64,000 nucleotides of DNA from Alphaproteobacteria bacterium (lineage in GTDB: Bacteria > Pseudomonadota > Alphaproteobacteria > Micropepsales > Micropepsaceae), in assembly GCA_017307355.1 (NCBI GenBank), contig JAFKFG010000019.1:3426-67425 (forward strand), in the 5' to 3' direction. The first letter of the stretch is position 1, and each line of letters begins with the position of its first letter. Below the pieces are notes generated by a model. It saw only the letters and a program-made list of their open reading frames with translations. It was not told where the DNA came from and did no database searches. A program made the translations under genes and the position numbers. This document shows positions 1 to 8,421 of this stretch, one piece after another.

Positions 1-1
1 G

Positions 2-1357
2 GATACGTATCACGGCAAGAGCGGACCGGTTTACATTCCCAATGGATCGTTCCTGCCGCAGCCATTTCCCAGTCAGCATTTCAAAGGCCCGGATTGGGCG
101 CTCAACCGTCGTTTCGAAATCAATTATGGAACGCTCGCCCGCTGGCGGATTTCCCAGGGCTGGAATCTGCAGGCCGGGCTGTTCCGTTCGGTCGAAAAGA
201 AACTGCACCAGAACTACGTTCTGATGACGGATCTTGATCCGCAGGGCGTCGGCGACATGGTAGTCTATTCCGATCCTCCCACACATCGGGCATCCACCAG
301 CGGCGAAGTGCGGGTGGAACGCACGTTGAGCGAAGGCGCGCGCACGCACCGTGCAATCCTGTCCTTGCGGATGCGAGACCGCAACAGCCTGTATGACGGT
401 TTCGATTCCGTGGATCTGGGAGCTGTTGCGATCGACCAGCGCGTCCATGGTACCTTGCCGTCATTCCAATACTCGGCACAGACCACCGATCATGTGAGCC
501 AGGCGACTCTAGGTCTGGCCTATGAAGGGGTCTGGAAGAATGTCGGGCAGCTTGGACTAGGCATCCAGAAAATTCGCTACAACAAGAAGACGCTCGTACC
601 GGGGCAGCAGGCGGTGACGTCCAAGGACGATCCTTGGCTCTTCAATGTCGCCGTGACCGGATATATTTCGGACGAACTTGCCATCTTCGGAAGCTATACG
701 CGGGGCCTGGAAGAAAGCGGCACCGCGCCCCAGAATGCCGCGAACCGCAACGAAGCCTTGCCGGCCATCACCACCAGCCAGAAGGATCTCGGCATACGCT
801 GGTCGATGGACGAGGGCATCAAGCTGGTGGCAGCCTTGTTCGATGTCCAGAAGCCTTATTTCAATCTCGACGCGGCCAACCGTTTCGGCGAGTTGGGCGA
901 GACGCAGAACAGGGGCATCGAGTTTTCCTTCAACGGCAGCATCACGCCAGAATTGGACATCGTGGCCGGCGCGGTCTTTTCCCAGCCCAAAGTCAGCGGC
1001 GACGCGGTGCGCATGGGCGTGGTGGGCAGCAAACCAGTGGGCATTGCCTCACGCAAGATCGATTTCCACATGGAGTGGCGGCCGCCTTCCATCGAGAATA
1101 CGTCGCTCGATATGGGCGTTCGCTATATCGGAAGCATGGTTTCGACGCGCGACAACCTTGTCTCCATTCCAGACCGCCCCATGGTGGACGTGGGCGCGCG
1201 CTATCAGTTCCGCCTGCACGAATATCCGGCGTCGCTGCGCTTTCAGGTCACCAATATCTTCAATACGCGCAGCTTCGACCTGGCGGGCGCCGGCGCGTAT
1301 AATATCTTCTGGCGCAGCGGCCGGTTGATCGACACGCGGTTGATTGTCGATCTGTAG
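2..1357 (+). CDS. TonB-dependent outer-membrane receptor, C-terminal ~450 aa (5' end outside window)
   Basis: Frame 2 is open from the window edge (DTYHGKSGPVYIPNG...) and continues into listed ORF 224..1357. Barrel-type motifs YTRGLEESG, GIEFSFNG and RFQVTNIFNTRSFD are typical of TonB-dependent receptor beta-barrels. Confidence 0.8.
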   Translation, partial: DTYHGKSGPVYIPNGSFLPQPFPSQHFKGPDWALNRRFEINYGTLARWRISQGWNLQAGLFRSVEKKLHQNYVLMTDLDPQGVGDMVVYSDPPTHRASTSGEVRVERTLSEGARTHRAILSLRMRDRNSLYDGFDSVDLGAVAIDQRVHGTLPSFQYSAQTTDHVSQATLGLAYEGVWKNVGQLGLGIQKIRYNKKTLVPGQQAVTSKDDPWLFNVAVTGYISDELAIFGSYTRGLEESGTAPQNAANRNEALPAITTSQKDLGIRWSMDEGIKLVAALFDVQKPYFNLDAANRFGELGETQNRGIEFSFNGSITPELDIVAGAVFSQPKVSGDAVRMGVVGSKPVGIASRKIDFHMEWRPPSIENTSLDMGVRYIGSMVSTRDNLVSIPDRPMVDVGARYQFRLHEYPASLRFQVTNIFNTRSFDLAGAGAYNIFWRSGRLIDTRLIVDL

Positions 1358-1361
1358 CGGC

Positions 1362-2003
1362 CTAGCCGGCTTTCGCGGCTGCTCTTTTGGTCTTCGGTTT
1401 CAGCGGTTTTCCGCTTCCCGCGGGCCAGGCCATCAACGCCATCGCCGCGACCTGGTGCAGTTCTTCGGCGGATGCGCCCGACGCGGCCTGAACGCAGATG
1501 CCGTTGGAAACCGTCATCAGGTAACGGGCAAGCGCTTCCGGGCTGGCGCTATTCGGCAGATCGCCTTGGCGGCGCGCTTTCTCGAAACGGTCGCACAAGG
1601 CGGCTTCTTTTTCCGCGCGATGGCGCGCGGTCTCATCCGGTATATCGGAATCGCCGCAGGACAGACCGCTCTGTAGCAAAAGGCAGCCCGGTGGATTCTG
1701 CCCGCTTGTATCGACCGCGAAATCCGCGACGCCATGCAGATAGATCTCTGCGACTTTGGCGGCGCTTGGCGCGGCGAGTACGCTTTCCATGAAGCTTTTT
1801 CGACGTTCGTCATAGCGTTCCAGCACGGCGCGGAACAAACCTTCCTTGTTGCCGAAACAGGCATAGAGACTGGGCGAGTTGATACCCATGGCGGCGGTAA
1901 GGTCGCTCATCGATGCGCCTTCATAACCGTGCCGCCAAAAAACCGTCATCGCCCGGTCGAGGGCGTCTTCCACGCAAAAGCCCCTGGGACGTCCCGTCCG
2001 CAT
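1362..2003 (-). CDS. TetR/AcrR-family transcriptional repressor
   Basis: 213-aa ORF with ATG at 2003. N-terminal TetR HTH (ALDRAMTVFWRHGYEGASMSDLTAAMGINSPSLYACFGNKEGLF). Divergent from the RND efflux genes, the classic local-repressor layout. Confidence 0.9.
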   Translation of the reverse strand: MRTGRPRGFCVEDALDRAMTVFWRHGYEGASMSDLTAAMGINSPSLYACFGNKEGLFRAVLERYDERRKSFMESVLAAPSAAKVAEIYLHGVADFAVDTSGQNPPGCLLLQSGLSCGDSDIPDETARHRAEKEAALCDRFEKARRQGDLPNSASPEALARYLMTVSNGICVQAASGASAEELHQVAAMALMAWPAGSGKPLKPKTKRAAAKAG

Positions 2004-2106
2004 GGGTGCCTCCCATAATTATTGTAGCGGTCATTACATAAGGACCTTGAAGCCGAGTATCCAGACCCATATCTGTGCCGAGCGTTACAGAATTAGGGGA
2101 CCTTTC

Positions 2107-3330
2107 ATGTCGAACATTGCGGAACTTGCGCGCGCCGAAAAATTCATCGGCCAGCCCATTGGTCCTTCCAATCGTTTGAAAAAACACGCTTTTCTTGGAG
2201 CCGCGCTGATTGCCCTGAGCGCGGGCGGCGGATTCTTCCTTCTCCATGGCCGCAGCGGCGACGCCGCGGTGCCGGCGGTCCAGGCTCTGCCGGTGACCGC
2301 CTTGGCGCTCCAGCCGCAGACGGTCCGGCCCTCGGCCCAGTTCTCCGGCCGCATCAATGCCGTCGATTATGCCGAAATCCGGCCCCAGGTCGGTGGCCGC
2401 ATCACCGAGATCCGCTTCCATGACGGCCAGCAGGTCAAAGCGGGGGACATTCTCTTCGTGATCGATCCGCGGCCCTATCAGGCGGCGGCGGCGAAAGCGG
2501 CAGCCGATCTCTCCAGCGCGATCAACAATGCACAGCTTGCCAAGATCGAGCATGACCGCGGCGACCGGCTGATGAAGGCGGGCGCGCTGGCCCAGGAATC
2601 CTATGACCAGCGCGTCAATGGCGATGGCGTGGCCCAGGCGGCGGTACAATCGGCCAAGGCGGCGCTGGCGGCGGCCCAGCTCAATATCGACTATGCCTAT
2701 ATCAAGGCGCCGATCTCCGGCCGCATCAGCCGGGCCGAAATCACCTTGGGCAATCTGGTCGGTGGCTCGGCATCGGCGCCGCCGGTGCTGGCCTCCATCG
2801 TTTCGGAAAACGGCGTCTATGCCGATTTCGAAGTGGATGAGCAGACCTATCTGAACAATGTCCGCGATTATGCCCAGACCCCGGATCAGCAGGCGAAGAT
2901 CCCGGTCGATATTCAGATCGAAGGCGATAGCGGCCATGTCTATCACGGCACCATCGAAAGCTTCGACAACCGGATCAACACCGGTTCGGGCACCATTCGC
3001 GCCCGCGCCCGCTTCGACAACAAGGATGGCAGCCTGGTGCCGGGCATGTTCGTGTCGGTGAAGATGGGCGGCGGCACGCTGAACAATGCGATCATGGTGC
3101 CGGAAAGCGCCATCGGAAACGACCAAAGCAAGCGCTTCGTCTTTGTCGTCAATCGCGATTCCAAGGCGGAATATCGCGAGATCGCCTTGGGCGCCGAAGT
3201 CGATGGCGCGCGCGTCGTCACCAATGGCGTGAAGGCGGGCGATCGCGTGATCCTGGATGGCCTGCAGCGTCTGGCGCCGGGCGCGCCGGTGGTTCCGCAG
3301 GCCCCGCGGCAGCAGACCGCCAGCAACTAA
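2107..3330 (+). CDS. RND efflux periplasmic adaptor (membrane fusion protein, HlyD/AcrA family)
   Basis: ATG 2107 chosen (MSNIAELARAEKF...) with membrane anchor AFLGAALIALSAGGGFFLL. Adaptor motifs GRINAVDYAEIRPQVGGRITEI, IDYAYIKAPISGRISRAEIT and FVFVVNRDSKAEYREIALG. The listed ORF extends upstream to 2002. Confidence 0.9.
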   Translation: MSNIAELARAEKFIGQPIGPSNRLKKHAFLGAALIALSAGGGFFLLHGRSGDAAVPAVQALPVTALALQPQTVRPSAQFSGRINAVDYAEIRPQVGGRITEIRFHDGQQVKAGDILFVIDPRPYQAAAAKAAADLSSAINNAQLAKIEHDRGDRLMKAGALAQESYDQRVNGDGVAQAAVQSAKAALAAAQLNIDYAYIKAPISGRISRAEITLGNLVGGSASAPPVLASIVSENGVYADFEVDEQTYLNNVRDYAQTPDQQAKIPVDIQIEGDSGHVYHGTIESFDNRINTGSGTIRARARFDNKDGSLVPGMFVSVKMGGGTLNNAIMVPESAIGNDQSKRFVFVVNRDSKAEYREIALGAEVDGARVVTNGVKAGDRVILDGLQRLAPGAPVVPQAPRQQTASN

Positions 3331-3363
3331 ATAAGCGCCGGGTTGGCCCGGGGAGATAACAAC

Positions 3364-6300
3364 GTGAACCTGTCGAAATTCTTCATCGACCGGCCGATTT
3401 TCGCCGGCGTGATCTCGGTCGCCATTTTCCTGGCGGGCCTGATCGCGATGTGGCAATTGCCGATCTCGGAATATCCCGAAGTGGTGCCGCCCTCGGTGGT
3501 GGTGACCGCGCGCTTCCCGGGCGCCAATCCCAACACCATCGCCGACACGGTGGCGACACCACTGGAAGAGCAGATCAACGGCACCGAGAACATGCTCTAC
3601 ATGTTCTCCCAGGCCGCCAGCGACGGCACCCTCACTCTGACGGTGACCTTCAAGCTGGGCACCGATGCCAACCTGGCCCAGCAGCTGGTGCAGAACCGGG
3701 TCAACCAGGCATTGCCACGCCTGCCGGACGTCACCCGCAATCTGGGCGTCACCACGGTCAAGGCGTCACCCGATTTCGCGGTGGTGGTGCATCTGATCTC
3801 GCCGGACAATCGCTACGACACGCTGTATCTGCGCAATTATGCCGTCCTCAACGTCAAGGACCAGCTGGCCAAGATCGAAGGCGTGGGGCAGGTCCAGATG
3901 TTCGGCTCGGGCGATTACGCGATGCGGCTATGGCTCAACCCGCCTTACAGCCAGAAGGGCGCGCTCCAGCTGCCCATTACGGTGGAAGGCCGACTATCCG
4001 ATCCGGAGCAATTCGCCCAGATCGTGATCAAGCGGGAGAATGGTGTGATCACCCGGCTGGGCGATGTCGCCCGCACCGAGATCGACGCTTCGCAATATGG
4101 CTTGCGTGCGCTTCTGGACAATCAGCAGGCCATCGCGCTGCCGATCTTCCAGTCGCCCGGTTCCAATGCACTGCAGATCTCCGATCAGGTCCACGCCAAG
4201 ATGGCGGAGCTGAAGAAGAATTTCCCCCAAGGGCTGGACTACCGCATCGTCTATGACCCCACCAGCTTCGTCCGCGACTCCATCACCGCGGTGGTCCACA
4301 CCTTGCTGGAAGCGGTGCTGCTGGTCGTGCTGGTGGTGATCCTGTTCCTGCAGACCTGGCGCGCCTCCATCATTCCGCTGCTGGCGGTTCCGATTTCCAT
4401 CGTGGGCACGTTTGCCGCCATGTTGGCCTGCGGCTTTTCGATCAACGATTTGTCGCTGTTCGGCCTGGTTCTGGCCATCGGCATCGTGGTCGACGACGCC
4501 ATCGTGGTGGTGGAGAATGTGGAGCGCAACATCGAAGCCGGTCTTTCTCCCCGCGATGCCACCTTGAAGGCGATGCGGGAAGTCACCGGACCGATCATCG
4601 CCATTGCGCTGGTCTTGTGCGCCGTCTTTGTGCCGATTGCCTTCATCACCGGCCTGACGGGCGAATTTTATCGCCAGTTCGCGCTCACCATCGCCTTTTC
4701 CACCATCATCTCGGCCTTCAACTCGCTGACCTTGTCGCCGGCATTGGCGGCGCTGCTGCTCAAGGGCCATGACGCGCGCAAGGACGCGCTGGCGCGGGGT
4801 ATGGAACGCGTGCTGGGGCCGTTCTTCTCGCGCTTCAATCGCCTGTTCCATTCCGGCTCGCAGAAATACGGCAAGGGCGTCGGCGGCATCCTGGTCCGCA
4901 AGTCGCGCGCCATGCTGGTCTATGGAGCCTTGCTGGTGGCGACCGTGGTGGGCTTCGGCGCGGTGCCGCCGGGTTTCGTGCCGCTGCAGGACAAGATGTA
5001 TCTGGTCAGCTTTGCCCAGCTTCCCCAGGGCGCCACCTTGGATCGCACCGAAGCGGTGATCCGCAAGATGACCGATATCGCTTCCAAGGAACCCGGCGTG
5101 GATCACGCCGTGGCGTTCCCCGGCCTTTCCATCAACGGCTTCATCAACAGCCCGTCCGCCGGCATCGTCTTTGTCACCTTGAAGCCGTTCGCCGAACGCC
5201 GGTCGGCCAATCTGTCGGGCAATGCGATCGCCCAGCGCTTGCAGGCCAAATTCGCCGGCATCAATGACGCGATCATCGCGATCTTCCCGCCGCCGCCGGT
5301 GCAGGGGTTGGGGACCATCGGCGGCTTCAAGCTGGAAGTGGAGGACCGCACCGACCAGGGCGATGCCGCGCTCAATCAGGTGATGGCCCAGATCCAGATG
5401 AAGGCCGCCAAGAATCCGGCCTTGCAGGGCGTGTTCTCAAACTTCAACACCGGCATGCCGCAACTTTTCGCCCATCTGGATCGCACCAAGGCGATGCAGC
5501 TGGGTGTGGATGTGCAGGATGTATTCGACACCATGCAGACCTATCTGGGGTCGACCTATGTCAACGACTTCAACCGGTTCGGACGCACCTATCAGGTGAT
5601 CGCCCAGGCCGACATTCCGTTCCGCGCGCGGCCCGACGATATTCTGCGGCTTCAGGTGCGCAATGCCAGCGGCGAGATGGTGCCTCTGGGCGCAATGGTG
5701 ACCGTGAAGGAAATCACCGGCCCCGACAGTGCCAGCCGCTATAACGGCTTCCGCTCCGCCGATCTCAATGGCGGTGCCGCGCCGGGTTACTCGACCGGCC
5801 AGGCCCAGGCGGCGATCACCCAGATCCTGGATGAGAGTTTACCCAAGGGCATGAGCTATGAATGGACCGATCTGACCTATCAGCAGATCCTGGCGGGCAA
5901 CACCGCGATACTGGTGTTCCCCATCTGCGTGCTGCTGGTGTTCCTGGTGCTGGCGGCCCAGTATGAAAGCCTGTTCCTGCCGCTCGCCATCATCCTGATT
6001 GTGCCCATGTGTCTGTTGTCGGCGATCACCGGTGTGTGGCTGACGGGCGGCGACAACAACATCTTCACCCAGATCGGGCTGTTCGTGCTGATCGGGCTGG
6101 CGTGCAAGAACGCCATTCTGATCGTCGAGTTCGCCCGCGAGCTGGAAATCCAGGGCCGCAGCACCGTTGCCGCCGCGATCGAGGCGGCGCGCCTGAGGCT
6201 CCGTCCCATCCTGATGACCAGCTTTGCCTTCATCATGGGCGTGGTGCCGCTGGTGACGTCATCGGGCGCGGGCGCCGAGATGCGCCACGCAATGGGCGTG

Positions 6301-6432
6301 GCGGTGTTCTTCGGCATGCTGGGCGTGACCTTCTTCGGCCTTTTCCTGACGCCGGTCTTCTATGTGCTGCTGCGGGAATTGGAAAAGCGGATCACCGGCA
6401 CCACCAAGGTTCACCAGCATGTGACCGCGTAA
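3364..6432 (+). CDS. RND (HAE1-type) multidrug efflux permease
   Basis: GTG 3364 follows GGGAGA and gives the canonical N-terminus (M)NLSKFFIDRPIFAGV. Signature blocks GIVVDDAIVVVENVER, AKNAILIVEFARE and RLRPILMTSFAFIMGVVPL. The listed ORF starts at TTG 3343. See the finding on an internal in-frame gap. Confidence 0.9.
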   Translation: MNLSKFFIDRPIFAGVISVAIFLAGLIAMWQLPISEYPEVVPPSVVVTARFPGANPNTIADTVATPLEEQINGTENMLYMFSQAASDGTLTLTVTFKLGTDANLAQQLVQNRVNQALPRLPDVTRNLGVTTVKASPDFAVVVHLISPDNRYDTLYLRNYAVLNVKDQLAKIEGVGQVQMFGSGDYAMRLWLNPPYSQKGALQLPITVEGRLSDPEQFAQIVIKRENGVITRLGDVARTEIDASQYGLRALLDNQQAIALPIFQSPGSNALQISDQVHAKMAELKKNFPQGLDYRIVYDPTSFVRDSITAVVHTLLEAVLLVVLVVILFLQTWRASIIPLLAVPISIVGTFAAMLACGFSINDLSLFGLVLAIGIVVDDAIVVVENVERNIEAGLSPRDATLKAMREVTGPIIAIALVLCAVFVPIAFITGLTGEFYRQFALTIAFSTIISAFNSLTLSPALAALLLKGHDARKDALARGMERVLGPFFSRFNRLFHSGSQKYGKGVGGILVRKSRAMLVYGALLVATVVGFGAVPPGFVPLQDKMYLVSFAQLPQGATLDRTEAVIRKMTDIASKEPGVDHAVAFPGLSINGFINSPSAGIVFVTLKPFAERRSANLSGNAIAQRLQAKFAGINDAIIAIFPPPPVQGLGTIGGFKLEVEDRTDQGDAALNQVMAQIQMKAAKNPALQGVFSNFNTGMPQLFAHLDRTKAMQLGVDVQDVFDTMQTYLGSTYVNDFNRFGRTYQVIAQADIPFRARPDDILRLQVRNASGEMVPLGAMVTVKEITGPDSASRYNGFRSADLNGGAAPGYSTGQAQAAITQILDESLPKGMSYEWTDLTYQQILAGNTAILVFPICVLLVFLVLAAQYESLFLPLAIILIVPMCLLSAITGVWLTGGDNNIFTQIGLFVLIGLACKNAILIVEFARELEIQGRSTVAAAIEAARLRLRPILMTSFAFIMGVVPLVTSSGAGAEMRHAMGVAVFFGMLGVTFFGLFLTPVFYVLLRELEKRITGTTKVHQHVTA

Positions 6433-6450
6433 GGCCCGTGCCGGCGGCGG

Positions 6451-6717
6451 TCATAGGTCGTCCCGGTCCCGCTCGGCTTCGGCCTCGCGGTCGCGCCGTT
6501 CCTGTTCTTCCACCATCGCCTGATGGGAGAGTTCCTCGGGATGGGCGGCCGGCGTTTGCGGGGCGGGGGCGGGCGGACCGGCGGGCCTTGCCGCCTGGGG
6601 CGACTTTCCGGTGTCCCTCTTTTCGGCGCCCGGGGGCGGATTCGGTGTCTGGGCGATGGCGGGAATCACGGCCAACCAGAAGCCCAGGCCTATCGCACCG
6701 ATCAGGGGTGATTTCAT
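6451..6717 (-). CDS. Hypothetical small secreted Pro-rich/acidic protein
   Basis: 88-aa ORF with a plausible signal peptide (MKSPLIGAIGLGFWLAVIPAIAQT), then a Pro-rich segment and a charged tail. No recognisable family, and only one of several overlapping ORFs here. Confidence 0.4.
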   Translation of the reverse strand: MKSPLIGAIGLGFWLAVIPAIAQTPNPPPGAEKRDTGKSPQAARPAGPPAPAPQTPAAHPEELSHQAMVEEQERRDREAEAERDRDDL

Positions 6718-6877
6718 GGGCGGGCAATCTGGCCCCCGGGGGCACCCGGGTCAAACGCCCTTGATTTTTCACGGTCAAAGCCGCTTTCACTCAAAGGGAC
6801 GTCCGAGCATCGAGTTTCCTCACCATCTTTCCTGAAAATATTTTTGTGGCGGTGGTGGGTCTCCCCTTTATTGTAAT

Positions 6878-7390
6878 ATGACCAGGGGGAAAGATGACGG
6901 GCACGGAAACATGACCGACATCCCGGTCGGTCGGGAGCTTTGGAGCGATTTGCTGCGGCAGATCGCGCGCCGGACCCGTAACCGTACGGATGCCGAGGAT
7001 CTGTTGCATTCCGCCTATCTGCGCCTGGAGCGCTATCGCACCCAGAACACGGTAAACGATCCGGCGGCGTTTCTGGTCCGCACGGCCTTCAATATAAGTA
7101 TCGACAATTACCGCCACGCGAAAATCCAGCAGGATCAGGCGGAAACGCCGGATATCGAAGATACGGCCCCCCTCCAGGATGAGGTTGTGGCCGCCCGTGC
7201 TCGTCTAGCCAGGGTGAAGGCGGGGTTGAATCAGCTAACCCCCCGGACGCGCGAGATCTTCCTCATGCACCGGCTTAACAACATGAAATATCACGAAATT
7301 GCGGACCGTCTCGGCATCAGCCAAAGCGCTGTTGAAAAACACATCGCCAAAGCCGTACTTTTCCTGACGGAATGGACCGAAGGCTGGTGA
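6878..7390 (+). CDS. ECF RNA polymerase sigma factor, FecI-like
   Basis: Sigma-70 region 2 (DAEDLLHSAYLRLERY) and region 4 HTH (MKYHEIADRLGISQSAVEKHIAKA). Its stop lies 1 nt before the fecR-like start. An alternative ATG at 6911 is possible. Confidence 0.85.
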   Translation: MTRGKDDGHGNMTDIPVGRELWSDLLRQIARRTRNRTDAEDLLHSAYLRLERYRTQNTVNDPAAFLVRTAFNISIDNYRHAKIQQDQAETPDIEDTAPLQDEVVAARARLARVKAGLNQLTPRTREIFLMHRLNNMKYHEIADRLGISQSAVEKHIAKAVLFLTEWTEGW

Positions 7391-7391
7391 G

Positions 7392-8351
7392 ATGACGCAT
7401 CCTTCTCCTGGCGCGCCTTACGTAAAGGAAGCCGCGGTCTGGCTCGCGCGGCTGCGCGCCGATGACCGCTCGCTCGAGGACGAGCGCGCTTTCCGGTCTT
7501 GGCTGATGGCCGATCCGCGTCACGCCGCCGCCTTCGAAGCGGTCAATGGCATGTGGGACAGCGTTGGCGCCCTGTCGCGCGACATGCGCAATGGCGAAGT
7601 GCCGCTCGAGCCCCGTTTCAGCCGCCGCGCGCTTTTGAGCGGCGGGGTCGGCCTGGCGGTGGTCGCCGGTGGCACCTTCGCGCTGGTGCAATCCGCCGCC
7701 GCGGAGGTCTACCAGACCGATGTCGGCGAGCAGAAGCACGTCACCTTGAAGGACGGCACCGGCGTTTTCCTGGATACCGACACCAAGTTGGTGGTGGATT
7801 TCGACGCCAAGGACCGCAAGGTCGATTTGCGCTATGGCCGGGCGAATTTCCGCGTCGCGCCGGATGCCAGCCGGCCTTTCGCCGTGGAGGCGGCGCAGAA
7901 GCTGGTGATCGGGACCCGATCGACCTTCGATGTGCGCCGTTATGGCGACGACATTTCGGTGCTGCTGATCCATGGACAGGCGACGGTCAAGAACACGAAT
8001 GTCGATGCCGGGCGCCAGCTGCGCGACGGCGAGCGGCTGAGCTTCATTTCCGGCCAGTCGCCCAGGCTCGACAAGCCCAACCTGCTTCCGCTGATCGCCT
8101 GGCATACCGGCCAGGCCATTTTCGAGAATTCGCTTCTGACGGACGTTGTGCTGGAGATGAACCGCTATTCCACCATCAAGCTGGAAGTCGATGACAGCCG
8201 CATCGCCCGGATGAAGGTCAGCGGCGTGTACCGGGTCGGCGACAACACGAATTTCGCGCGATCGCTTGCGCGTCTTCTGCCCGTGGAAATACGCGTGGTG
8301 GACGATCGCATCCAGCTCGTGGGCGATGACGCCCGCATGCTGCAGGGGTAG
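7392..8351 (+). CDS. FecR-family anti-sigma factor / transmembrane sensor
   Basis: N-terminal anti-sigma domain (AAVWLARLRADDRS...FRSWL), a single TM segment (ALLSGGVGLAVVAGGTFAL) and a periplasmic FecR-like domain. It sits between the ECF sigma gene and a TonB-dependent transducer. Confidence 0.85.
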   Translation: MTHPSPGAPYVKEAAVWLARLRADDRSLEDERAFRSWLMADPRHAAAFEAVNGMWDSVGALSRDMRNGEVPLEPRFSRRALLSGGVGLAVVAGGTFALVQSAAAEVYQTDVGEQKHVTLKDGTGVFLDTDTKLVVDFDAKDRKVDLRYGRANFRVAPDASRPFAVEAAQKLVIGTRSTFDVRRYGDDISVLLIHGQATVKNTNVDAGRQLRDGERLSFISGQSPRLDKPNLLPLIAWHTGQAIFENSLLTDVVLEMNRYSTIKLEVDDSRIARMKVSGVYRVGDNTNFARSLARLLPVEIRVVDDRIQLVGDDARMLQG

Positions 8352-8421
8352 CTGGCCCCTGGCGCCTTGCGCTTTGGAAGAAGGTGGGAATTTATAACAG
8401 CCACCGCTTGGGAGGGGCTGG

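Noticed and set aside
2004-2106. Possible TetR operator (TGTA-N8-TACA within tattgtagcggtcattacataa) in the TetR/adaptor divergent region.
   Set aside because: Only 4-bp arms with poor flanking symmetry, which is not distinguishable from chance.
1921-3456. 511-aa minus-strand ORF overlapping the TetR and adaptor genes. The same applies to similar long ORFs in the track: 7317..8705(-), 9473..10858(-), 20748..22571(-), 22987..24279(-), 26223..28163(+), 32194..34020(+), 34578..35933(+), 36329..37459(-), 48413..49795(+), 49780..51252(+), 56904..58253(-).
   Set aside because: All lie antisense to, or out of frame with, genes that have strong family signatures. Their translations are Arg/Ala/Gly/His/Asp-rich low-complexity strings with no motifs. 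This is the expected stop-codon-poor shadow-ORF behaviour of high-GC DNA.
2107-6432. RND operon lacks an outer-membrane factor gene.
   Set aside because: Two-gene adaptor-pump operons that use an unlinked TolC/OprM-like channel are common, so this is not anomalous in itself.
6835-6844. Palindrome AAAATATTTT upstream of the FecI-like sigma gene, as a possible Fur box.
   Set aside because: It is only 10 bp and lacks the GATAAT hexamer pattern. The iron-regulator type of this organism is unknown.
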